From Polyangiales bacterium (lineage in GTDB: Bacteria; Myxococcota_A; Polyangia; Polyangiales; Polyangiaceae): a stretch of DNA of 64,000 nt. A program made the translations under genes and the position numbers. The notes under the pieces were generated by a model. The model was given only the letters and a program-made list of their open reading frames with translations, was not told the DNA's origin and did no database searches. Positions within the stretch are counted from its first letter, which is position 1. The number at the start of each line of letters is the position of its first letter. Location: contig JBBRNJ010000002.1 in assembly GCA_038230375.1 (NCBI GenBank), positions 170,016 to 234,015 of the forward strand, read 5' to 3'. Shown here piece after piece: positions 48,267 through 58,087 of this stretch.

Positions 48267-49196
48267 ATGGCCGACATTTCTCTCTCGATGGTGAAGGAGC
48301 TCCGTGAGCGCACTCATGCAGGCATGAGCGCGTGCAAAGAAGCTCTGGGTGAGGCAGCTGGCGACCTGGACAAGGCCGTCGAGATCCTCATGAAGAAGGG
48401 CACGATCAAGGCCGCGGACCGCGCGGGCAAGGTCGCGACCGAGGGCGAGGTCCGCGCGTGGATCTCTCCCGACAAGAAGCGTGGCGTCGTCCTCGAGGTC
48501 AACTGCCAGACCGACTTCGTCTCGCGTGGCGACGAGTTCAAGGCCTTCGTCGGCAAGGTCCTCGAGGTCGCAAGCACCCTGAAGAAGGGTGACGATCTCC
48601 TCAAGGCCAAGCTCGGCGATCAGACCGTTGACGACGCCCGCACGGCGGTCATCGCGAAGACCGGCGAGAACACCGTCGTTCGTCGCTTCGACAGCGTCTC
48701 GACGGATGCGCAGGGTGGCATGGTCCAGTCTTACGTCCACATGGGCGGCAAGATCGGCGTGCTCCTCGCAGCCGACGCACCGAACGCGGACGCCGTGAAC
48801 AACGCGGACTTCACTGCGTTCCTCGACAACTGCTCCATGCAGATCGCCGCGATGGGTCCCATCGTCGTCGACAAGAGCAACGTCGCCGCTGCCGACATCG
48901 ACAAGCAGAAGGAGATCTACAAGGCGCAGCTCAAGGAAGAGGGCAAGCCCGAGGCCGCATGGCCGAAGATCATCGAGGGCAAGGTCGCCAAGTGGTTCAC
49001 CGAGGTCACGCTCCTCGGTCAGGACAACGTCTGGGCGCCGGGCGAAGGCTCGATCGACAAGCTCCGTCAGGAGCTGGGCAAGAAGCTCGGTGGTGAGGTG
49101 AAGCTCCTCTCCTTCGTGCGCTTCGAGCTCGGCGCCGGCATCGAGAAGAAGACGGACGATCTCGCGGCCGAGGTCGCCAAACTAACCGGCGGGTAA
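48267..49196 (+). CDS. tsf: Elongation factor Ts
   Basis: VKELRERT.AGM..CKEAL, EVNCQTDFV and FVRFELG.GIEKK motifs. Confidence 0.98.
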   Translation: MADISLSMVKELRERTHAGMSACKEALGEAAGDLDKAVEILMKKGTIKAADRAGKVATEGEVRAWISPDKKRGVVLEVNCQTDFVSRGDEFKAFVGKVLEVASTLKKGDDLLKAKLGDQTVDDARTAVIAKTGENTVVRRFDSVSTDAQGGMVQSYVHMGGKIGVLLAADAPNADAVNNADFTAFLDNCSMQIAAMGPIVVDKSNVAAADIDKQKEIYKAQLKEEGKPEAAWPKIIEGKVAKWFTEVTLLGQDNVWAPGEGSIDKLRQELGKKLGGEVKLLSFVRFELGAGIEKKTDDLAAEVAKLTGG

Positions 49197-49366
49197 AAGG
49201 CAGGCGCTCGCGCGTTCGCGACGCCGATACCTTCGTTGGAGGCTGCGGTCCGTGCTCACGTACCAGAGTACGTTCCGCGCGGTCCTCGCCTCCGCCTTGG
49301 TCTCGGCGCCGCGCCCGGCGCGATCGACTGCCTTTTCCATTTTGTCGAAACCGTCGGAGGCACTCA

Positions 49367-50353
49367 ATGTTTGGACGGCGCGCAAAGGGGACTCGGTATC
49401 TCTTCAGCCTCAGCGTCGACCTTGACGAGATCCCGAACTACTTCAAGATCCACGGGCTCACGGCGCCCGAGGGCGCGGCCACGGCCGTGTATGACATCGC
49501 GGTCGATCGCCTGAAGGCTCTCGCGAAGGGCCTTGGGGTGCCGCTGACGATGTTCACGGTCGCGTCGGACCTCGAGCGCCCGGAGGCGGCCGCGAAGCTG
49601 CGTGCGTGTCGCGAGGCTGGCTTCGAGATCGCAAATCACTCGCTCGACCATCGCTACGATCTCACACGCCTCACGCGCGACGACATGCGCGCCCAGATCA
49701 AGGGTGGCGCCGATGCGATCGAGCGCGCCGTTGGCGAGCGTCCGGTTGGCTTCCGCGCGCCCGGCTACACGATCAACGACGGCGTGTTTCGTGTGCTCGC
49801 AGAGGAGGGCGTCGAATACGACTCATCGGTCTTTCCGTGCCCTGTGTATTTCGCCGCGAAGACCGCTGCCATCTCCATGATCGCCGCGCGCGGCCGCACC
49901 AGCCAGTCCGTCGTGGACACGCCGTTCGTGCTGCTCGCGCCCACGGAGCCGTACAAGACTGGCACGCCGTACTACACGCGTGGGAGCGGCATGATGGAGC
50001 TTCCCGTACAGGTGACGCGCGGCCCGAAGCTCCCCTTCATCGGCACCAGCGTGACAGCTGCCGGGCCACGCGGCGCGCGCGCGCTCGCGAGGATGTGCAA
50101 GGGCCTCACGTTCGTGAACCTGGAGCTGCACGGCATTGACGTGCTCGACGCGAGCGACGGCCTCGAGGATCTCCGCGCGTACCAGATGGACGTGCGCATC
50201 CCGAAGCAGCGCAAGATCGATGCGATCACGGAGGCGTGTCGCGCGTTCCTGGACGACGGATACGCGCCCGTCACCATGCGCGAAGCCGCAGACCACTACA
50301 CGAAGGTCTACAAGACAGTGCCAACGGCGGGCGGCTCGCGTCTCTTCGCGTAG
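49367..50353 (+). CDS. Polysaccharide deacetylase family protein
   Basis: SVDLD, EIANHSLDH, GFRAPGY and YDSS motifs. Confidence 0.88.
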   Translation: MFGRRAKGTRYLFSLSVDLDEIPNYFKIHGLTAPEGAATAVYDIAVDRLKALAKGLGVPLTMFTVASDLERPEAAAKLRACREAGFEIANHSLDHRYDLTRLTRDDMRAQIKGGADAIERAVGERPVGFRAPGYTINDGVFRVLAEEGVEYDSSVFPCPVYFAAKTAAISMIAARGRTSQSVVDTPFVLLAPTEPYKTGTPYYTRGSGMMELPVQVTRGPKLPFIGTSVTAAGPRGARALARMCKGLTFVNLELHGIDVLDASDGLEDLRAYQMDVRIPKQRKIDAITEACRAFLDDGYAPVTMREAADHYTKVYKTVPTAGGSRLFA

Positions 50354-51108
50354 GTCCCTTCGATGAACTGCTCGAGCACGGGTGCCATGTCGCCGGGGGT
50401 CTCTTCGTCCCACTCGGCCGTGCCGATCGCATCCACTGCGCGCTGGCGTGAGTCCAGCTTGAAGAAGAACGGCACGCTGTCCATGGTGCAGCCGAACGAG
50501 CCGAGCTCCGCGCCGTAGTCGTCGATGTCGACGACGAAGAGGAGAGCACCGGAGAGCGCGACCTGCATCCGCGGATCGGGAAGGCTCGCCTCGAACTTGC
50601 GCGAGGGCGCGGCCCACGTGGCCCGCGTGACGACGACGAGCGTCTTCTTCTCGGCCACCGCGCGCTTCTGCGCGTCGAGTAGCTGGAGGCGGAGCGGGCG
50701 CTGATCTCCGTTGCCCGCGTGCACCACCACGAGCATGCCGTAGTCGGCCTTCTCCGAAGTCACGTCGCGCGCGGGCTGCGTGGCCGCGAGCGACACCTTG
50801 CCGCTTCCCGATTGCTCGGGCTCGGTCATGAGGAATGCGCCGCCTGCGGCGATGAAGAAGATCACGTTGAGGAAGGTGCCGAACGCACCGAGCACGGAGC
50901 CAGCAGTGGCCATGCCGGAGCCGATGCTGCGCCCGCGCGACGCCTGGATGTCCTTCTCTGCGAGGCTGCCGAGGATCATCGCGGGGATCCCCGTGAAGAG
51001 CCCAGCGCACGTCATGCTGAGCATGCCGAACACGAGCGACGCGACCGCCTTTCCGTCGTTCGTGACGGGCGCTCGCGTCGGCTCGCGGTTGGGACGGAAT
51101 CCCTGCAT
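50308..51108 (-). CDS. DUF4190 membrane domain plus thioredoxin-like domain
   Basis: AVASLVFG...GIPAMILG...GMATAG; C-terminal ATWAAPS (degenerate WCxPC) and SVPFFF. Confidence 0.72.
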   Translation of the reverse strand: MQGFRPNREPTRAPVTNDGKAVASLVFGMLSMTCAGLFTGIPAMILGSLAEKDIQASRGRSIGSGMATAGSVLGAFGTFLNVIFFIAAGGAFLMTEPEQSGSGKVSLAATQPARDVTSEKADYGMLVVVHAGNGDQRPLRLQLLDAQKRAVAEKKTLVVVTRATWAAPSRKFEASLPDPRMQVALSGALLFVVDIDDYGAELGSFGCTMDSVPFFFKLDSRQRAVDAIGTAEWDEETPGDMAPVLEQFIEGTYAKRREPPAVGTVL

Positions 51109-51244
51109 CCTTCCCCAAGCATAGCCCCACTTCTCACCTCGCGCCCGCGCCGGGCAGGAGAACTTTTCGGGCTGCCAAACTGGAACGTGTAAAAATCAGC
51201 CGAAGGTCCGACGAAACGGCCGATCTCCGGCCATACTGGGGGAA

Positions 51245-51916
51245 GTGGCGCTAACGGACATCGACAGCGGAGGTCATCACCTGTTCGTGCCGGCCATCCG
51301 CGATGAGCCGGAGCCCAAGTCAGCACCCGTCCCGGCGCCCGCGCACGTGGACCCACATTCAGCGCCGCCAAGGTCGAGCGTCGCCGACCTGCGGCTCACG
51401 GGGATCGTCCGCCAGCACTACGCGTTCCTCTGGCGCTCGCTACGTCGCCTTGGCGTGCTCGACGCCGACGCGGACGATGCTGCGCAGCGCGTGCTGCAGG
51501 TCGTCGCACGGCGACTTGGGGACATCGAGCCGCGGGCGGAGAAGAGCTTCCTCTTCCAGACCGCCCTGCGGGTCGCCGCGGACCTCCGCCGGGCCAAGGG
51601 TCGTGCGCGGACAGTGGCGGACGAGGACACGCTGGAGCGCGCGATGGACGATCGCCCGACGCCAGAGGAGGTCCTGAATCGCAAGCAGGCGCGGGCGGAG
51701 CTCGACATCATCCTCGATCAGCTCGCGCTCGATCTCCGAGCCGTGTTCGTCCTCTTCGAGCTCGAGGAGATGAGCACCAACGAGATCGCAGGGCTACTCA
51801 GCATTCCTGCGGGCACCGTGAGCTCGCGCCTGCACCGGGCGCGCGAGGAGTTCCAGGCGCTGTGCGCAAGGGCGCGCGCCTCGAGGGCGCAGAGCTCGCA
51901 GGGGAGGCGACCATGA
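51245..51916 (+). CDS. ECF RNA polymerase sigma factor
   Basis: LWRSLRRLGV..ADADDAAQ and RAVFVLFELEEMS..EIA.LL.IPAGTVSSRLHRAR motifs. Start uncertain. Confidence 0.92.
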   Translation: MALTDIDSGGHHLFVPAIRDEPEPKSAPVPAPAHVDPHSAPPRSSVADLRLTGIVRQHYAFLWRSLRRLGVLDADADDAAQRVLQVVARRLGDIEPRAEKSFLFQTALRVAADLRRAKGRARTVADEDTLERAMDDRPTPEEVLNRKQARAELDIILDQLALDLRAVFVLFELEEMSTNEIAGLLSIPAGTVSSRLHRAREEFQALCARARASRAQSSQGRRP

Positions 51917-52863
51917 GCGATCCGGTACGGCTGCTTTCACGCGCTTCCGATCGAGGCGCGGACTCCATCGGAAGCCTCGAACGCGAGATGCTCGCATCGG
52001 CACGCGACGATCACGCGCCGCTCGATGCGGAGGAGCGCGCGCTGGCGGCGCTCGGCATCGGCGCGCTCGCGTTGGTCGCTGCGTCTGCTGCGTCCGCACC
52101 TGGTCTCTCCGGGACCGCCGCGCTCGGCACGGCGACCACCACCGCAACCACCACCGCGTCGTCGTTCGCGCCAGTGGGCGCGTCAGTCGGCGCGTCCGTG
52201 GCAAACGGCGCGCTGAAGATCACCGGGCTCGCCTTCGCGAAATGGATCGGGGTCGGCGTGGTCGCGATCGCTGCGGCCGCGGGCACGTACGAGGTCGTTG
52301 CCAACAACGCACCAGCACAGCCCCGCACGTCGACGATGGTCGGCGTGGCCGGCCCCTTGCAGCGTGAAGGGCACGCGACGGCCCTACCGGGCACGCAAGC
52401 CGTCCCAGCTCCGCCGGGCGTCCTTGACAAGGCCCAGGAAGAGCCCGGAGCACCCGCGACCCCGCAAGCGCTGGAGCTGGGGCAAGAGCAGGCGACGGAG
52501 CCGGGCAAGGACGAGCCCCGCGCGATCACGGCGCCCTCGGGTCCTTCCGGCCTGGCAGGCAGCGGCGCTGATACTCCGCGAGGGGGCGAGCTCGCGGGAG
52601 AGCTGGCGCTGCTCGATCAGGCGCGCGGCTCGCTGGCACGGCGCGACGCGACTGCGGCCACGGCGGCGCTGGACATGTACGCGCGAAGGTATCCGAACGG
52701 CACGATGCGAGAGGAGGCGACCGTCGCCCGTATCGAGGCGCTGTTGCTCAACGGGCAATCTGCTGCCGCGGCGACCCAGGCCGAGCAGTTCCTGCGCGAG
52801 CACCCCGCCAGCACGAACACGAAGCGCGTGCGACAGCTCAAGAAGCGCGCGATGGCGGAGTGA
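51913..52863 (+). CDS. Putative anti-sigma factor (TM plus C-terminal TPR-like domain)
   Basis: ATGA overlap with the ECF gene; TM helix; ELALLDQAR..L...A...LD.YARRYPNG C-terminal pattern. Confidence 0.7.
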   Translation: MSDPVRLLSRASDRGADSIGSLEREMLASARDDHAPLDAEERALAALGIGALALVAASAASAPGLSGTAALGTATTTATTTASSFAPVGASVGASVANGALKITGLAFAKWIGVGVVAIAAAAGTYEVVANNAPAQPRTSTMVGVAGPLQREGHATALPGTQAVPAPPGVLDKAQEEPGAPATPQALELGQEQATEPGKDEPRAITAPSGPSGLAGSGADTPRGGELAGELALLDQARGSLARRDATAATAALDMYARRYPNGTMREEATVARIEALLLNGQSAAAATQAEQFLREHPASTNTKRVRQLKKRAMAE

Positions 52864-52879
52864 CAGGCGCCGCGCGGAA

Positions 52880-53701
52880 CTAGGCGCGCTTGTCGGAGAC
52901 GCGGCCGATGTTCTTCACGTCCACGCCGGAGCGCTTGATGAAGTCCCGGGCTGCGTCGCTATCACCCGCCATCAGCTCGTCGGGAGTTCCGCGCGCGACG
53001 ATCTGGCCCTTGATGAGCAAGATGGCTTGATGCGCGATGCGGAAGCAGCTCGCGATGTCGTGCGAGATGACCACGCTGGTGACGCCGAATCGCTCTCGCG
53101 TCTCCTCGATGAGATCATCCACCATGCGACTGGTGAGCGGGTCCAGGCCGCTCGTCGGCTCGTCATAGACCAGGATCGGCGGCTGGAGCATCAGTGCTCG
53201 CGCAAGCCCAACGCGCTTGCGCATGCCGCCGGACAGCTCGGCGGGGAACTTCTTCAACACCGTCTCGTCGAGACCCAGGATGCGGAGCGTGTCCATCACC
53301 TTGGCGTCGATCTCCTTCCGCTTCATCTTCGAGTGCTCGATGAGCGGGAACGCCACGTTCTCGAGCACGGACGCGGAGTCGAGCAGGGCGGCGTACTGGT
53401 AGACCATCCCGAGCTTCTTGCGGACGCGATTGAGCTCGCGTTCGGGCAGCCCCGCGATGTTCTCGCCCTCGATGTAGAGCTCGCCGCTCGTGGGCTGCTC
53501 GAGGGCCACGATGAGCCGCAGGAGCGTGGTCTTTCCGGCGCCCGACCCGCCGATGATGACGGTTGTCTCGCCCTTCTTGGCCACCAGATCGATGCCGCGC
53601 AGGACCTCGTGCTCGCCGTCGTACGACTTCCGGACCTTGCGAAGGACGACGGTGTCGTTCGGTTCGATGGGTGGGGAAGGGGGCGTGGGCGGGGCTGCCA
53701 T
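52880..53701 (-). CDS. mlaF: ABC transporter ATP-binding protein, MlaF/Mkl-like
   Basis: GGSGAGKT, LSGGMRKRVGLARAL, YDEPTSGLDP and ISHD motifs. Confidence 0.85.
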   Translation of the reverse strand: MAAPPTPPSPPIEPNDTVVLRKVRKSYDGEHEVLRGIDLVAKKGETTVIIGGSGAGKTTLLRLIVALEQPTSGELYIEGENIAGLPERELNRVRKKLGMVYQYAALLDSASVLENVAFPLIEHSKMKRKEIDAKVMDTLRILGLDETVLKKFPAELSGGMRKRVGLARALMLQPPILVYDEPTSGLDPLTSRMVDDLIEETRERFGVTSVVISHDIASCFRIAHQAILLIKGQIVARGTPDELMAGDSDAARDFIKRSGVDVKNIGRVSDKRA

Positions 53702-53801
53702 GCGCGTTCATGGCCTTAGCACACGTGGGAACCGAGGGGCGTGGCGTGGGCGGTGACGTTTTCGGCTTGTGTCCCGAAAAAACGAGGGCGATAAAGACGT
53801 C

Positions 53802-54089
53802 ATGACGCGTGAAGAGCTCGACCTCGTTTTGAAGACGCTGCAACTCAAGGCCGACAAGGACGGCACCATGACCCTTCCGGACGACGCCAGCGCGACGATG
53901 TACGTCGCCCACGACGGCGCCGGCCTCTCCGTGTCGAAGATCGCGAGCATCAGGCAAGAGGCCGAGATGCTCATCCTGAAGACCCAGAAGAAGGAGGTCT
54001 TCGTGATCGCCCGGTCCGACGTGTACGCCGTCGCCGCCGAGGGCGCTGCCGGTGGTAGCCCCGCGCGCAGGCCGGCCGGCTTCGCCTGA
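53802..54089 (+). CDS. Small hypothetical protein
   Basis: 95 aa, beta-rich, ends RRPAGFA; TGATG overlap with the next gene. Confidence 0.65.
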   Translation: MTREELDLVLKTLQLKADKDGTMTLPDDASATMYVAHDGAGLSVSKIASIRQEAEMLILKTQKKEVFVIARSDVYAVAAEGAAGGSPARRPAGFA

Positions 54090-55001
54090 TGCGGGCTGGA
54101 CGTGAGCGCCTCTCCGCACTGCTCGCGTTCATGGCGTATCGCATCGCGCGCATCCGGCGGCACCACGTCGAGCGCAGCATTCGGCGCGCCGGCTTGCCCG
54201 ACGAAGCGGCGCGCGGGATGTTCCGCGAGCTCGCCACGTCGCTCGTGGAGCTCCTCTGGGTGGCGCTCGGGTGGCTCACGCCGGCGGACGTGGTCCACAT
54301 CCCAAAGGAGACAGTGGATGCCATCCAGGCGGCGCGCGCCCGCGGGCCCGTGATGCTCTGGTGCGCGCACACGAGCAACTGGGAGCTCCTGGCGATGCAC
54401 GCCGCCACGCTGTTCCCACTCGCGCTCATCGTGAAGACCCAGGGGGTCGGGCTTGCCGACCGGTTCATCCAGCGACAGCGAGCGCGGTTTGGGCTGCGCA
54501 CGTTACGTCCCACGGGGGCCATGCAGGGGGGCACGCGCAGCGTTCGAGCGCGGCGAGGTCGTCGCCACCGTGATCGACCAGGTCCCCGCACGTAGCGCCC
54601 ACGGCGACCTCGCGTCGTTCCTGGGCGCCCCGGCGCTCACGGATCGCTCGCCGGCAGTGCTTGCAAAGCGCGCGCGTGCCCACGTGCTCGTGATCTTCGC
54701 GTCACGCGAGGCGCACGCGCGGGGTAGAGGCCAGCGGGTCGTCGCCACGCTCGCGCTCGAGCTTTTGCCGGACGTCGTGCGTCGCGCCTCGGCGCGAGAC
54801 CTCATGGCGCGCGCCACCGAGGCGCTGGAGGCGCACGTGCGTCAGCACCCGTCCTCGTGGCTCTGGCTTCACCGCCGCTGGAAGCCCGCGCCGGACGGGA
54901 CCAATCCCATTTCGGCTATCGCCGCGTTGCAGCTGAGCTCCTCCCGGTCGCCGAAGATTTTGCTCGCGCCGAAAAAGGAAGTAATCGAAAGTACATCATG
55001 A
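54089..55001 (+). pseudogene. LpxL/HtrB-family lipid A acyltransferase, frameshifted
   Basis: First frame carries AHTSNWE; second frame carries VIDQ, FLG and P..WLWLHRRWK; frames switch at the G6 tract 54526-54531. Confidence 0.8.
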
Positions 55002-55288
55002 TCCGCCCCGCGCTCGTGGCCTCGGCGCTCGTGATCGCCTTTGCAGGCGCTCCGGTGCAGTGCACACGCACCCCCGATCCGGATGGCCGTCGCGATGACC
55101 AGCCGGGGGATGCGCTGTGGGCGCTCGCCACGAAATTTCGCGAAGAAGGCAACCGCCCCGCGTCGGATGCTACGCTCGCTTATCTCGTGAAGCAGTACCC
55201 GTCGGACCGCCATGTGTCGGCTGCGAAAGAGATGCTCGCGGGTCACGCCGACGAGCCGCGTGCTTCCGTTGATGCGGGGCAGCCATGA
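54998..55288 (+). CDS. Small exported protein/lipoprotein with single TPR-like motif
   Basis: Hydrophobic N-terminus with Cys; ALWALA..F...G...A....L.YLVKQYPS pattern. Confidence 0.6.
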   Translation: MIRPALVASALVIAFAGAPVQCTRTPDPDGRRDDQPGDALWALATKFREEGNRPASDATLAYLVKQYPSDRHVSAAKEMLAGHADEPRASVDAGQP

Positions 55289-55893
55289 TCAGCCTCTACC
55301 TGCTGACGGATCCCAAGCACGACCCGGTTCACACGCTCTTTGCGCTCGAGAAGGCGTTCAAGGCAGCCCCCGGACGAATCGGCGTGATCGTCCGCCACAA
55401 CGATCCCACGCTCGCGATGGAGGCGGCGGCGCTCGCAGTGGAGCACAAGGCGCCCTGCTTCGTGGCGACGATGCCCAACGGCCGCACCAAAGGCGACTAC
55501 GTGCATGTGGGCGCCCTTCGCGAGGACGACATCGTGCCCGGCGGCGCGTACACCGCGTCCGCGCATAACCTCACGCAGGCGCTTCGGGCGAAGACCGCGC
55601 AGGCGTTGCTCGTGGGCCCGCTCTTCGATGACCCGAAGAAGCCCCCCGCGAAGGCCACGATCCTGCTCACCGAGGTGCGCAAGGCGCTGCCCAAGATGCC
55701 GCTCTTTGCGCTGGGCGGCGTGGGTCTCAAGCAGATCGACGCGTGCGTGCGAGCAGGTGCCGATGGCGTCGCTGTCACACGCGCGATCATGAATGCGGAT
55801 GACCCGGGCAAGGTCGCAGACGAGCTCGTGCGCGAGATCGACCGCGCGCGCGTCGCCTTCCGAAATCGCAGCCGCCTGCCGACGATGCACTGA
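55285..55893 (+). CDS. Thiamine-phosphate synthase (ThiE/TenI) family protein, divergent
   Basis: LYLLTD, SAHN, VGPLF...KP, FALGGV and AGADGVAVTRAI motifs. Confidence 0.72.
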   Translation: MISLYLLTDPKHDPVHTLFALEKAFKAAPGRIGVIVRHNDPTLAMEAAALAVEHKAPCFVATMPNGRTKGDYVHVGALREDDIVPGGAYTASAHNLTQALRAKTAQALLVGPLFDDPKKPPAKATILLTEVRKALPKMPLFALGGVGLKQIDACVRAGADGVAVTRAIMNADDPGKVADELVREIDRARVAFRNRSRLPTMH

Positions 55894-55911
55894 GCCGGAA
55901 GGCGCGGTCGC

Positions 55912-57153
55912 TCAGTCTTCCATGGGGCCAAGGTCCTCGCCCGAGAGGACGAAGAATGCGTCACCGTAGGTCGCGAGCAGCTCGAGTGCCGTGTCCATGT
56001 CTTCCTTCGTGTGACCGCGCGTCACGTTCACGCGGAGGCGCTCCTCGCCCTGCTTCACGGAGGGGTAGGTCAGCGGGACCATCATGACGCCGCACTCGAG
56101 CAGCGCGATGTGCATGAAGAGCGTCTTGCGCTCGTCCTTGCACATGACGGGCATGATGTGCGTGTTGCTGGCGCCCAGATCGAAGCCGATCTTGGTGAGG
56201 CCCGCGCGCATGTAGTCAGCCTTCTGGTGAAGCTCGGCGACCAGCGACGCGCCGTCCTTCTCGAGCATGTCGAGGATGGTGGACGCCGCCGCGACGACGG
56301 GGACGGGAAGGGAGGCCGAGAAGAGGAAGCTGCGCGCGCTGTTCTTCACGAGGTCGACGACCTCTTGCGACGCGACGAGGATGCCGCCGATGCCGCCAAA
56401 CGTCTTGGAGAAGGTGGAGACGACGATCGGGACCTGGCCTTCGATGTTCATGGCCTCGAGGATGCCGCGCCCGTTCTTGCCCTGCGTGCCGGTGCCGTGC
56501 GCGTCATCGACGAGCAGGACCGCGTCGTAGCGGTCGCAGATTTCGATGAACTCTTTGAGGTTGGCCGTGTCTCCGTCGAGCGAGTACACGCCTTCAAGGA
56601 GGACGAGCGCGTTCTTGCGCTCACGGGTCTTCAGGATGCGCTCGAGGCTCTTCGCCGAGTTGTGGTTGAAGAAGCGGATCTCGGGCTGACGTCCGGGAAC
56701 TCCGGCGGCGAGGAACGCGCCATCCAGGATGCACGCGTGGCTGAACGCATCCAGCACGAGGGTGGTGTCCTTGTCCGCGAGCGCCGCGATGGTGCCCAGC
56801 ATGGCCTGGTAGCCCGTCGTGAACATGAGGCAGGCGGGAAAACGGAACCACGCGGCGAGCCGCTTCTCGAGCTCGACGTGCTCCGACGTGGTGGCCTGCG
56901 GCCGCGAGCTGGAGAGGCCGCACGCGTACTTGTCGACGGCGGCCTTTGCGGCCTCCTTCACCTTCGGGTGATTGGTGAGACCGAGGTAGTCGTTCGAGCT
57001 GAAGTTGATGATCTCCTTGCCGGCGATGCTCGTGTGCAATCCGCCGCGCTCGAACTCGCGAAAGTATGGATAGACCTGCTTCTCGCGCGCGAGGCGGACG
57101 CGCGCGAGCTCCGTGTGCGCCTTCTCGTCCACCCAGCTTCGCTTCGTTGCCAT
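55912..57153 (-). CDS. Alpha-oxoamine synthase (SPT/BioF/Kbl family), PLP-dependent
   Basis: SNDYLGL, TGYQA, HACILDG, EGVYSLDGD, DDAHG and STFSKTFG motifs. Confidence 0.9.
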   Translation of the reverse strand: MATKRSWVDEKAHTELARVRLAREKQVYPYFREFERGGLHTSIAGKEIINFSSNDYLGLTNHPKVKEAAKAAVDKYACGLSSSRPQATTSEHVELEKRLAAWFRFPACLMFTTGYQAMLGTIAALADKDTTLVLDAFSHACILDGAFLAAGVPGRQPEIRFFNHNSAKSLERILKTRERKNALVLLEGVYSLDGDTANLKEFIEICDRYDAVLLVDDAHGTGTQGKNGRGILEAMNIEGQVPIVVSTFSKTFGGIGGILVASQEVVDLVKNSARSFLFSASLPVPVVAAASTILDMLEKDGASLVAELHQKADYMRAGLTKIGFDLGASNTHIMPVMCKDERKTLFMHIALLECGVMMVPLTYPSVKQGEERLRVNVTRGHTKEDMDTALELLATYGDAFFVLSGEDLGPMED

Positions 57154-57392
57154 ATCGCGCTTCTCGCCAGCATTCATGAGGAGCCGGGTTTATTAGCGCC
57201 TGCGCGCGTCACCTCCAACGAGAATGTGCGCGAATCGTCGAGAAATAGCGTGGTTTTTTTGCGACAGTGATGCTGTTTCGACCCGGTCCGCCTGCATCGG
57301 CCCCCACGCTCAGCAAATGGTCCGACCACTTCCACGCGGCTCGCTGTCGATTGTCGGGAACGAAACCGGGCCTTGCGACTCGATTGGAGGGC

Positions 57393-58055
57393 ATGGGCTA
57401 TCTTGCGAGCGTGACCAACACCACGGTCGAGACCAGCGACGAAGAGATCGTGGCGCGTGTGGTCAGCGGTGACACGGCGTTGTTCGAGCTGCTCATGCGT
57501 CGCAACAACCGCCGCGTATTCCGTGCGGTCCGCGCGATCCTGCGCTCCGACGACGAGGCAGAGGACGCGATGCAGGAGGCCTATGTCTCCGCGTTCTCGC
57601 ACCTGGGTGAGTTCGGCGGGCGCTCGAAGTTCTCGACATGGCTCGTGCGCATCGCCGTTCACGAGGCCCTTGGACGGCTGCGACGCGGGAAGCGGATCAC
57701 GTCCCTGGATGACGCCGAGCTGGAGGAGCCGATGGCCACGACGAGGAGCCCCGAGGGAGCGGCGAGCGACGGCGAGCTGCGCGTCCTCCTGGAGGCCGCG
57801 ATCGATGCACTTCCGATCGGATTCCGCGCGGTCTTCGTGCTCCGCGCCGTGGAAGACATGGGGGTAGAGGAGACGGCGCTCGCGCTCGCGATCCCGGAGG
57901 AGACCGTGCGTACGCGCCTGCACCGCGCGCGCGGCCTGTTGCGTGACAGCCTTGCGAAGACGATCGAGAGCGTCGCGCCGCAGGCGTTCGAATTTCATCT
58001 GTTGCGCTGTGATCGCGTGGCAGCCCGTGTTCTGGCGCGCATCCGCCGCGCCTGA
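57393..58055 (+). CDS. ECF sigma factor with C-terminal RCD extension
   Basis: EAEDAMQEAY, FSTWLVRIA and TVRTRLHRAR motifs, then AFEFHLLRCDRV. Confidence 0.92.
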   Translation: MGYLASVTNTTVETSDEEIVARVVSGDTALFELLMRRNNRRVFRAVRAILRSDDEAEDAMQEAYVSAFSHLGEFGGRSKFSTWLVRIAVHEALGRLRRGKRITSLDDAELEEPMATTRSPEGAASDGELRVLLEAAIDALPIGFRAVFVLRAVEDMGVEETALALAIPEETVRTRLHRARGLLRDSLAKTIESVAPQAFEFHLLRCDRVAARVLARIRRA

Positions 58056-58087
58056 CTTCCGACGAACAACCGAAGAGGAGAGACCAG

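Noticed and set aside
49203..49226. Intrinsic terminator after tsf
   Set aside because: A GC hairpin is possible but has no U-tract.
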